Shown here in pieces: positions 48,859 through 59,376 of a stretch of 64,000 nt of DNA. The DNA lies in the NCBI GenBank assembly GCA_002842575.1, contig PHDJ01000013.1:18830-82829 (forward strand). Reading direction: 5' to 3'. Source of the DNA: Bacteroidetes bacterium HGW-Bacteroidetes-2 (lineage in GTDB: Bacteria; Bacteroidota; Bacteroidia; Flavobacteriales; Flavobacteriaceae). Made by a program: the position numbers and the translations under genes. Position 1 is the first letter of the stretch; every line of letters begins with the position of its first letter. The notes under the pieces are model-generated. The model was not told where the DNA came from. It saw only the letters and a program-made list of their open reading frames with translations, and ran no database searches.

Positions 48859-51108
48859 ATGAAAAAAATAATTCTTTGTTTACTATTCGCTGTTTTTATT
48901 TTGCCTATGAAGGCAAATGAAGGCATGTGGTTTTTAATGCATATTGAACGTTTAAATTACGTAGATATGCAAAAAATGGGATTAAAACTTACTCCCGAAG
49001 AAATTTACAGCGTTAACCATCAAAGTTTAAAAGACGCCATCGTTCAGTTTGGAGGAGGTTGTACCGCTGAAATAATCTCAAAAAATGGGTTGGTACTTAC
49101 AAACCATCATTGTGGTTATGGACAAATTGCAGAACTTTCCACAGAAGAAAACGATTATCTAACAAACGGTTTCTGGGCAAAATCCTATGCTGAAGAATTA
49201 AAACCTAAAAGTTTATCGGTTCGTTTTTTTGTAAGGATGGACGATGTTTCTCAACGCATTTTAGGCAAATTAAATGACGCCATGTCAGAAGCTGATCGCG
49301 AAAAAACCATTAACCAAGAAATTGCTAAAATAGAAAAAGAAAACAATGACGGTGGAAAATATACCGTTTCCGTAAAATCTTTCTATAATGGCAATGAATT
49401 TTACTATTTTGTATATCAAGACTATACAGATGTTCGTTTAGTGGGCACACCACCTAGTAGTGTTGGAAAATTTGGCGGTGATACAGATAACTGGGAATGG
49501 CCTCGACATACTGGCGACTTTTCGATATTTAGAGTCTATGGTGACAAAGATGGAAATCCCGCAGACTATGCAGAAACCAATGTACCACTTCAACCAAAAT
49601 ACCATTTACCAATAAGTACAAAAGGATACAAAGAAAACGACTTTGCAATGATACTTGGATATCCTGGAAGAACAAATCGCTGGATGCCTGCTGCTGGCAT
49701 TGATCAAAATGTAAATTATGCATACCCAGCTTGGGTAGAAGCATCTAAAAAAGCGATGGATGCCATGAAAGTGTATATGGATAAAAACCAACAAGTAAAA
49801 CTAGATTATGCTTCCAGTTATGCATCTATAGCAAATTATTGGAAAAATCGTGACGGAATGATACAAGCCTTAACCAAGCATAAAACAGCAGATGAAAAAC
49901 GCAAAAAAGAATTAATTTTTAACCGTTGGGCAAATTCAAAGGTGAAAGGAAATAACCTAGATGCAACAGATATAAAATCCTCTAGCTCATTAATGGGTGC
50001 TGCTACAACAAAAGCACCTCAAACAAAAACTGAAATTGAAGAAAGTTTAAAGTATAGCGGTGTTATGGATATTATAAATGATTACTATAGCCAAACAAAC
50101 CAAAAAAGTAAAGAGAATAATTATTTATTAATGGCACTTCGCTCCAGCAAGCTCGCTACCATTCCTAGCCGAATGGAATCTATGCTGTCACAACTATTTA
50201 GTGATAAAGGCAATGATTTTACCACAGAAAAATTCTTAATGAAAAATAAGAGCGACATTGATAATTTTTACAACGGTTTTTACGCTCCTTTAGAAGAAGA
50301 TGTATATAAAACACAATTAACATTATATACCACTAAAACAAACGAGCCTATTACAATACTTTTCAACGCTTGGATGAAGTATAAGGAAGGCACAGAAACT
50401 TTTGATGCATTTATAGAAAATGCCATAGCAAAAAGTATTTTCTCTTCTCAAGAAAAATTAGAAGCATTTATTTTAAACCCCAATGAAGAGCAATTTAAAA
50501 ACGATCCTTTATTGTTGATTTCAAAGGAGTTGTTTGCAAAATACCGTTACAAATCAGAAGAAGACAAAGCCTTAGATGATGAATTTCAAAAAGCATACAG
50601 AATGATGATTCAAGGAATGCGTGAAATGAACCCTAACGAAAAATATTATCCTGACGCTAACAGCACCTTACGATTGACCTATGGAAAAGTTCTTCCGTTA
50701 CCTGTAGATAAAAGGAATGATGCTTCAGTAAATTATTTTACCACCTTGAAAGGCACCGTAGCAAAATACAAACCCAATGATGACGAATTTGATATGCCAC
50801 AAAAGCTTATCGATTTACATAAAGCAAAAGATTTTGGACCCTATGCAGATAAAGCCGGACATCTTCCTGTTAATTTTTTAACCGACAATGATATTACTGG
50901 TGGAAATTCAGGATCCCCAGTTTTAAACGGAAAAGGAGAATTAATAGGTCTAGCCTTTGACGGAAACATTGAAGCTATGGCAGGCGATGTTATTTTTGAT
51001 CCAGAATTGCAAAGAACTATAAATGTTGATGTGCGTTACATACTATTTATTATTGATAAATATGCTGGCGCAAAAAATATCATTGACGAGTTGACCATAA
51101 AAAAATAA
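48859..51108 (+). CDS. S46 family dipeptidyl peptidase (DPP7-type)
   Basis: EGMW, LTNHHC (His), RHTGDF (Asp), DITGGNSGSP (Ser). LAFDGN has Gly at the S1 position, as in DPP7, rather than the Arg of DPP11. Confidence 0.9.
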   Translation: MKKIILCLLFAVFILPMKANEGMWFLMHIERLNYVDMQKMGLKLTPEEIYSVNHQSLKDAIVQFGGGCTAEIISKNGLVLTNHHCGYGQIAELSTEENDYLTNGFWAKSYAEELKPKSLSVRFFVRMDDVSQRILGKLNDAMSEADREKTINQEIAKIEKENNDGGKYTVSVKSFYNGNEFYYFVYQDYTDVRLVGTPPSSVGKFGGDTDNWEWPRHTGDFSIFRVYGDKDGNPADYAETNVPLQPKYHLPISTKGYKENDFAMILGYPGRTNRWMPAAGIDQNVNYAYPAWVEASKKAMDAMKVYMDKNQQVKLDYASSYASIANYWKNRDGMIQALTKHKTADEKRKKELIFNRWANSKVKGNNLDATDIKSSSSLMGAATTKAPQTKTEIEESLKYSGVMDIINDYYSQTNQKSKENNYLLMALRSSKLATIPSRMESMLSQLFSDKGNDFTTEKFLMKNKSDIDNFYNGFYAPLEEDVYKTQLTLYTTKTNEPITILFNAWMKYKEGTETFDAFIENAIAKSIFSSQEKLEAFILNPNEEQFKNDPLLLISKELFAKYRYKSEEDKALDDEFQKAYRMMIQGMREMNPNEKYYPDANSTLRLTYGKVLPLPVDKRNDASVNYFTTLKGTVAKYKPNDDEFDMPQKLIDLHKAKDFGPYADKAGHLPVNFLTDNDITGGNSGSPVLNGKGELIGLAFDGNIEAMAGDVIFDPELQRTINVDVRYILFIIDKYAGAKNIIDELTIKK

Positions 51109-51177
51109 TTTTTAAAAACCTTTTTTAAGGTCGGTATTTAATTTCATATCTTTAACGTCTTATAAAACAAAGGAAAA

Positions 51178-52048
51178 ATGGAAATTTTCAAAGGTCAAAA
51201 CCTCATAGAGTTTGCTGAACGCTTTATATCTCTCAAACATTAAATGGTCAGAGCAATATGTTTGTAGAAAATGTAATCACACAAGGTGTCAAATACGAAA
51301 GGATTTTGCGAGAACCTGCAATATATGTAGCGATACCGAATCTGCTACGGCAAATACTTTATTCCATAAAGTGAAATTTGGATTGAAAAAAGCATTTTTC
51401 ATCTGCTTTGAAATGGCAACGACCACAAAAAGCCTTTCTGCATCTCAAATGGCAGTTCGCTTTGGAGTTCAGGAGAAGACAGCAAGAATGTTCATGCAAA
51501 AAGTTCGTGAGGCCATGAAATCGAGTGGGGACTTCCCTATGAAAGGTATCGTAAATGTTGATGAATATGTTGTTGGTGGCTACCAAGAAGGCAGACCCGG
51601 CAGAAGTTACGATAGTTCAAAGAAAAAAGCGGTGTGTGCCGTGGAACTGACAGATAGGGGAAAAGTGAAGCGTTTTTACACCTTTCAAATCCCGGATTAT
51701 TCAGCTAGGTCACTGCGGAAAATGTTTGATAGGCACATTGATAAAGAGGCTAAAATCACTACTGACAAATGGAAAGGCTACAATCCAATTGCCAATGATT
51801 ATGACTTAACACAAATATTAAGCGATAAAGGGGCAAACTTTAAAGCCCTGCACGTGATGATCCATCAAGTTAAATCCTGGATAAGAACAACCTATTCATG
51901 GGTAAGCAAAAAAAATATTAACAGGTATTTTGATGAGTTTTGCTACCGGATCAATCGGTCTCAAAGCAAAGACACAATATTTAACAATTTAATCAAAAGG
52001 ATGGTAAAGACAGATAATATTACGCATAGAGAAATAATATGTGGCTAG
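51178..52048 (+). pseudogene. IS1595 transposase, frameshifted by a small deletion near 51226
   Basis: ATG at 51178 reads MEIFKGQNLIEFAERF and then stops at 51241-51243. The remainder (YLSNIKW...ICG*) is in another frame, and the usual xTDxxCKx segment between them is missing. Confidence 0.85.
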
Positions 52049-52079
52049 ATACCGACCTCAATAGATACCGACCTCAATA
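52046..52079. repeat. Tandem duplication of the 16-bp IS right end
   Basis: TA-GATACCGACCTCAATA-GATACCGACCTCAATA read directly from the sequence. Confidence 0.95.
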
Positions 52080-52080
52080 A

Positions 52081-52209
52081 ATTTAATTGTATAAAGGGGA
52101 TGTGGGCTTCTGTCAATTGATTCATAATGGCGTTGACAAATTGAGGCATTGTCAGTTTCATGATTCCCGTCATTAAGAAAATGAGTTCAAGTAGTAGTCA
52201 GATGATTTT
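52081..52209 (-). pseudogene. DoxX-like membrane protein remnant truncated by the IS
   Basis: Minus strand: KII*LLLELIFLMTGIMKLTMPQFVNAIMNQLTEAHIPFIQLN. Internal TGA at 52198-52200 (probably from CGA, Arg), no start codon, and it ends at the IS right end. Confidence 0.5.
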
Positions 52210-52217
52210 TCTTGCTT

Positions 52218-52814
52218 CTACTTTAAGGATTTTAAGACCGCCAAAAGCATGTCACCGCTAATGCGTTGTTTGTAATTGGGGTTGATATAGGTAAATTCCA
52301 CTTCACCTTGGGTATTGATGACCAGCAGTGTGGGCACCGGCATTATTTCAGAGACACTCCCTTTGGGTTTTTTTGAAGCAATATATCCCGAAAGCCCTGC
52401 AGGAGTTTTAAAAGCCACACCAATGCTTTTAATGAACTGCGCTTGTGGATCAGAAAACAGACGGTAACTCACTTGCTCACCGGCTTCGGGGTTTATCAAA
52501 TCCACCACTTCATCTGGGCTAATGGCTATGAGTTGATATCCCAGCTGTTGAATGTCTTTTTCCATATTGTTAAGAGCTCCTAAATGTGAACTGCAAAACG
52601 GACACCAGCCACCACGATAAATCACAAGCACTGTGGATTTTTCTTTGACCAATTCAATAAGATCAACCGATTGATTGTTTAAATCTAAAAGGCTTACCTT
52701 CGGAATTTGTTGACCCACTAGTATAGGACAAATATCTTCTGCATTTTCAGGGACTTGAGCGGTTGTAGTCATAATGCTTCCTATTAAAAAGACGAAAAGA
52801 AAGCGTTGTTTCAT
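52218..52814 (-). CDS. Peroxiredoxin-like (AhpC/TSA, PRX_like2) exported protein
   Basis: Signal peptide, IYRGGWCPFC, LIAISPD and PVPTLLVI motifs. Confidence 0.85.
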   Translation of the reverse strand: MKQRFLFVFLIGSIMTTTAQVPENAEDICPILVGQQIPKVSLLDLNNQSVDLIELVKEKSTVLVIYRGGWCPFCSSHLGALNNMEKDIQQLGYQLIAISPDEVVDLINPEAGEQVSYRLFSDPQAQFIKSIGVAFKTPAGLSGYIASKKPKGSVSEIMPVPTLLVINTQGEVEFTYINPNYKQRISGDMLLAVLKSLK

Positions 52815-53007
52815 TGGTTTATGGTTTTTGGTTAATTTTAAATAATTTTTAGTCGAAAAGGTTTTTGAAACTTAACAAAGTAGTATTTAAATTATGATTC
52901 TAGGCTTTATGCCTATATCTCGCAATATAATAAAATTAATGAATTAGTGGGTTTTATAAAAAAGGAAACAGAGAGAAATCAGAGCAACAGTAATAAAATC
53001 AGCTATT

Positions 53008-53470
53008 TTAATCATTCAATATTTTTACATCATCATAATGCTCTTGATTCAAAATGGATTTGACGTTACTATCGGCTTTTTGGTTAAAAAGGTCTTTACT
53101 TTCTGTATAAGGATGAAGTTCTTCTTCGGGATAGGATGAGTGTATGATTTCTAGAATGTCACTTTGCAAGCAATTGTCTTCCGGCCATTTTTGTTCGAGT
53201 GGCTGTGGGAGTAACATGGATTGTCTTTTTTTGTTGTTATGAATGTTTTCAAACAGGGGGAAGCAACTTTAGTAAGTATCATAAATGTAGGAATGCACTC
53301 AATAAGGGGTATAAACCCGCCAAATTTTATAGCTTCATTTAAATAAGCTTCAAGTTCTACTCTTTTTTTTGTGCAATAATGCCTCATTTGGCTGCTATAA
53401 GCATAACGGGTTCTTCCTGTGGGATGATAATCATTGGGGTGTGTAAAGCCGTTGAGGTGGTAGGCGCTAT
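53008..53470 (-). pseudogene. Degraded ORF of unknown family (several stops/frameshifts)
   Basis: Overlapping minus-strand fragments (..YSAYHLNGFTHPNDYHPTGRTRYAYSSQMRHY..EAYLNEAIKFGGF.. and ..LLPQPLEQKWPEDNCLQSDILEIIHSSYPEEELHPY..ILND*) look like pieces of one gene. I cannot name the family. Confidence 0.4.
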
Positions 53471-53473
53471 AGG

Positions 53474-53600
53474 TTTGCTGCTAACAGATAAGACTTTATG
53501 CGGTAAGAGATTGCTGTCTGCTTACTTGTTTTCCGAGATTGAAATATGAGCGGGGTATATTGCTTGAATTACCAATTAACCCCGCCTTTGTTAGCCAGTG
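53474..53600 (-). repeat. attC-like / gene-cassette-type inverted-repeat element directly after aqpZ
   Basis: Minus strand: stop-AAAC-ACTGGCTAACA...TGTTAGCAGCAA. GCTAACA/TGTTAGC form a perfect 7-bp pair (53480-53486, 53589-53595) enclosing GCGGGGT/ACCCCGC (53550-53585) and CAGAT/GTCTG (53485-53520) hairpins. Confidence 0.5.
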
Positions 53601-53603
53601 TTT

Positions 53604-54290
53604 TTATTCCTTTTCGGGCGAAATCATTTTATAAAGAAATCCGGCTAAGATTGCTCCAACAATTGGCGCGACAATAAAAAGCCAAAGTTGTTCGATTGCC
53701 CAACCTTGTGCAAATAGTGCCTGACTAATACTTCTCGCAGGGTTAACTGAAGTGTTGGTTACAGGAATGCTTATTAAGTGAATAAGTGTCAATCCAAGCC
53801 CAATTGCCAGTCCTGCAAATCCTTTGGCTGCTTTTGAATGAGTTGCACCTAAAATGATAATTAAAAACATAAAGGTCATTACTAATTCTGTCACCAAAGC
53901 TGAAAGCAGACTATATCCACCTGGCGAGTGTTCACCGTATCCATTAGCGGCAAATCCACCAATTTCAAATCCTGGCTTTCCACTAGCAATAATGTAAAGG
54001 ACACTAGCACCAGCAATTCCCCCTAATATTTGAGCTGTAATGTATGGAAGGAGCTCTTTTCTATCAAAACGACCACCAATCCAAAGTCCAATAGATACAG
54101 CAGGGTTAAGGTGGCAACCGGAAATATGTCCGATAGCATATGCCATTGTCACAACTGTTAAACCAAAAGCTACAGCAACCCCCACAAATCCAATTCCTAA
54201 TTCTGGATATGCTGCGGCTAAAACAGCACTTCCACATCCTCCAAGTACTAACCATAAGGTTCCGATAAATTCTGCTACAAATTTTTTCAT
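53604..54290 (-). CDS. aqpZ: Aquaporin Z
   Basis: Two NPA motifs ([18 protein letters not shown]), AEFIGT and [10 protein letters not shown]. Confidence 0.95.
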   Translation of the reverse strand: MKKFVAEFIGTLWLVLGGCGSAVLAAAYPELGIGFVGVAVAFGLTVVTMAYAIGHISGCHLNPAVSIGLWIGGRFDRKELLPYITAQILGGIAGASVLYIIASGKPGFEIGGFAANGYGEHSPGGYSLLSALVTELVMTFMFLIIILGATHSKAAKGFAGLAIGLGLTLIHLISIPVTNTSVNPARSISQALFAQGWAIEQLWLFIVAPIVGAILAGFLYKMISPEKE

Positions 54291-54622
54291 TTTTTCTTAA
54301 TTTTTACGTAACTATTTAAAATTGTTTTTTTTCTAAAAGAATGGCAAATAACAGTTCGTCTTAAAACCATTTTTTAGACCAAATTGAAAACTAAAATAAG
54401 CAAAAATTTTAAATATACGCGTTTATTTTCGTTTAGGAAGCTGAACAAGGAAAATGCACTGACATAAAAAAGTGCACCTAAAACCCTTAAAATAGTTTCT
54501 CCAACAAACAAGCCAGCTGGCCGTACTTGGTTATCTTGTTCAATGGTTTATCTATGGAGAACATGGTAATTGGATGGAGGTCATTTTCTTGAATAAATTA
54601 ATAGCACAAAGTCATAGACTTC

Positions 54623-54919
54623 GCAGAATGCTTTTTGCAACCCAAATTTTACCTTGCAGAAAAGTATGTTAGCCTTGTCACTTTATACATAATTACAGAT
54701 ATAACAATGATAGTTATGACGAGACTTTTCAAACTCCTTATATATGTCCACATTTACTAAATATAAAACCGTCCTGCCATTTTAGTTTAGCTAAATAGGC
54801 TTTACATGCGTCATCGGTTGGCATTTTTTTATAAAGGATAGTACATCATGTTCTTCAAATTGTTCTATATAGCTTGTTTTAGAGCCGTTACGATATAGAA
54901 ATTAATGGCTAACTCAATA
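54623..54919 (-). mobile_element. Second, highly degenerate IS1595 relic (left end plus 5' transposase fragment)
   Basis: Minus strand: left end TATTGAGTTAGCCATTAAT, then from 54868 (ATA in place of ATG) IEQFEEHDVLSFIKKMPTDDACKAYLAKLKWQDGFIFSKCGHI*, and in a shifted frame HNYHCYICNYV*SDKANILFCKVKFGLQKAFC. This is homologous to the LFHKVKFGLKKAF segment of the 51-kb transposase. Confidence 0.8.
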
Positions 54920-55170
54920 ATTTTTTTAACACATTTCAAACACGTTTCCTTTAAAAATATATATTATTTTGAATTTGAAGTACAATAAAAGCAATTGGAC
55001 GCCTGTACTACAAGGAAAGCATTTCAACAACATTTCCCAATATAGGAATGCAAAATGTTTTTTAAGTGATTTCTATTTCGTAACTTTAAATCGTATTGAG
55101 TTTGCACATATAATCATAATTTTTATCTATGTAAAAACAAATATCATAAGTATTTATTTTAGTAGTTTAG

Positions 55171-57444
<2,274 letters not shown>

Positions 57445-57463
57445 TTTCTATTAGTTCAATAAT

Positions 57464-57497
57464 AAAAAAAGGGAATTCGGAAACGGATTCCTTTTTT
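57464..57497. terminator. Bidirectional terminator between convergent katG and the SSS symporter
   Basis: AAAAAAAGGGAATTC-GGAAAC-GGATTCCTTTTTT imperfect hairpin with A and T tails. Confidence 0.7.
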
Positions 57498-57545
57498 GTT
57501 TTATTAATTGTATGATTTTTTTAAATAAAAAATAGGGACAGATTT

Positions 57546-59240
57546 CTAAACTTTAGTTTTTGGCAGGGCATTTTTAATAAACGTTTGTAACATAATAGCA
57601 AGATACATTACTAAAGCACAGCCAAACAAATTTAACCACAAATAAGGCATCCAGTCCATATACCAAACATAAATAACAAGAGCTTGAGTGATTAATGCTG
57701 CTAGAAAAACTGCTTTTCCCTTTACATAATGCACAAAAAAGGCTAAAAGAAAAATACCCAAAACATTACCATAAAAAATGGAGCCTATAATATTGACTAA
57801 CTGAATTAAATTATCAAACAAATTAGCCACACAAGCAATGCTTATGGCAATAATACCCCACAAAAAGGTAAACCATTTAGACGCTTTTAGGTAGTGTGTT
57901 TCGTTTTCCTCTTTTCGGCGATTTCTTTTGTATAAATCCATTGTGGTGGTGGTGCCTAAGGCATTAAGCTCTGAAGCTGTTGAAGACATCGCTGCACTTA
58001 AAATAACCGCTAAAAGCAGTCCTATAAGTCCACGTGGGAGATTGTTTAAGATGAAATGAATAAACACATAGTCTTTATCATTCGTTTCTATCAAAGTACT
58101 AGATTTGCTAATGAGTTCTTTGGCTTCGTCTCTAATTGCTCTATCTTTTTTGTCCAAACGAATTATCGTTTCTTGAATGGATTTCTTTTCTGTTTCCTTA
58201 TCAGAATCCACAAAACGATAAATGGCTTGTTGTTTTTCTTCGAAAATGCTTTTTTGCTGTGCTTCTAAATTTTGATAGGCTTTACTATATTCAGAAGAAA
58301 CCACACTTTCAGTAGCCACTGGATTAAAATTTAAAGGCGAAGGGTTAAACTGGTAAAATACAAACACCATAACGCCCACTAACAGTATAAAAAACTGCAT
58401 AGGCACTTTAAGAATACCATTCATAATTAATCCCATTTGACTTTGCTTTATCGATTTTCCGGAAAGGTAACGCTGCACTTGGCTTTGATCTGTACCAAAA
58501 TAGGAGAGAGCTAAAAAAGTGCCGCCAATAATGCCACTCCAAAAAGTGTAACGATTATCAAAGTCAAACGAAAAATCAATAATATTCATCTTTCCGCTTG
58601 CTCCTGCAATATCTAAAGCTTTGCTAAAAGTGATGTTTTCTGGAAGGTAATTTATAATTATAAAAAAAGCGGCAAACATTCCGGCAAATATGACTGCCAT
58701 TTGTTGTTTTTGTGTCACACTTACTGCGTTAGTACCACCCGAAACGGTATAGATAATTACCAAAACACCGATAAATATGTTTAGAAAGATAAGATTCCAA
58801 CCCAAAACCGCTGAAAGGATAATGGCGGGGGCAAAAATGGTTATTCCAGCAGATAAACCACGTTGTATTAAAAAAAGCGAAGCAGTTAAACTGCGTGTTT
58901 TTAAATCAAATCGGGTTTCTAAAAATTCATAAGCAGTATATACCTTAAGACGATGGTAGAGTGGTATAAATACTAAACAAATAACTACCATAGCTATTGG
59001 AAGTCCAAAATAGAACTGTACAAAGCCCATGCCGTCGTGAAATGCTTGGCCAGGAGTAGAAAGGAAGGTTATGGCACTTGCCTGAGTTGCCATTACCGAA
59101 AGCCCAATAGTCCACCAACCTGATGAATTTCCCCCTTTTAAAAAGTCTTGTACATTTTTGCTACCGCGGGTTTTCCATACGCCATAGCTTACAATAAAAA
59201 AAAGAGTTGTGATAAGCACAAACCAATCTAGTAGCTCCAT
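57546..59240 (-). CDS. Sodium:solute symporter (SSS family)
   Basis: SVMATQASAITFLSTPG, TAYEFLETRF, YFGTDQSQVQRYL and SAAMSSTASELNAL motifs. Confidence 0.92.
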   Translation of the reverse strand: MELLDWFVLITTLFFIVSYGVWKTRGSKNVQDFLKGGNSSGWWTIGLSVMATQASAITFLSTPGQAFHDGMGFVQFYFGLPIAMVVICLVFIPLYHRLKVYTAYEFLETRFDLKTRSLTASLFLIQRGLSAGITIFAPAIILSAVLGWNLIFLNIFIGVLVIIYTVSGGTNAVSVTQKQQMAVIFAGMFAAFFIIINYLPENITFSKALDIAGASGKMNIIDFSFDFDNRYTFWSGIIGGTFLALSYFGTDQSQVQRYLSGKSIKQSQMGLIMNGILKVPMQFFILLVGVMVFVFYQFNPSPLNFNPVATESVVSSEYSKAYQNLEAQQKSIFEEKQQAIYRFVDSDKETEKKSIQETIIRLDKKDRAIRDEAKELISKSSTLIETNDKDYVFIHFILNNLPRGLIGLLLAVILSAAMSSTASELNALGTTTTMDLYKRNRRKEENETHYLKASKWFTFLWGIIAISIACVANLFDNLIQLVNIIGSIFYGNVLGIFLLAFFVHYVKGKAVFLAALITQALVIYVWYMDWMPYLWLNLFGCALVMYLAIMLQTFIKNALPKTKV

Positions 59241-59241
59241 A

Positions 59242-59352
59242 TTAAGAGATTAAAAGCATTAGTATATAAAACAAGATAATATAAACGGCATTTGCTAGTA
59301 ATACCACGGTATATGCTTTTTTCCAGATGTATTTTTCGGGGGGAATATTCAT
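59242..59352 (-). CDS. Small single-pass membrane protein (36 aa), missed by the ORF track
   Basis: ATG 59352 to TAA 59242: MNIPPEKYIWKKAYTVVLLANAVYIILFYILMLLIS*. It has WKK followed by a ~22-aa TM helix, its stop is 1 nt before the symporter ATG, and it fills the operon gap. Confidence 0.75.
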   Translation of the reverse strand: MNIPPEKYIWKKAYTVVLLANAVYIILFYILMLLIS

Positions 59353-59376
59353 TTTATGCTTTAAGGTATGGTCGCA

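Larger units (their letters stand above)
51123..52079 (+). mobile_element. IS1595-family insertion sequence with a frameshifted transposase
   Basis: Left end TTTTAAGGTCGGTATTTA (51123-51140) matches the reverse complement of the right end TAGATACCGACCTCAATA (52046-52063) at 15/18 positions. The transposase has CxxC...CxxC, DEYVVGG, TDKWKGY and YFDEFCYRINR motifs. Confidence 0.9.

Noticed and set aside
51115-52090. 8-bp target-site duplication around the IS1595
   Set aside because: The flanks do not match for either placement of the ends.
52860-52920. GTTAAGT (GTTRRRY) upstream of the peroxiredoxin-like gene as a second attC core
   Set aside because: No matching inverse core or enclosing stem was found.
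54440-54545. Possible 3' remnant of a MaoC-like gene (TIEQDNQVRPA..VGETILRV) with a TGCACT/AGTGCA hairpin
   Set aside because: The similarity is short and needs indels, so I cannot support it without a search.
55116-55130. ATAA-N7-CTAT upstream of katG as an OxyR site
   Set aside because: Only one half-site in very AT-rich DNA, and the four-tetramer spacing does not hold.
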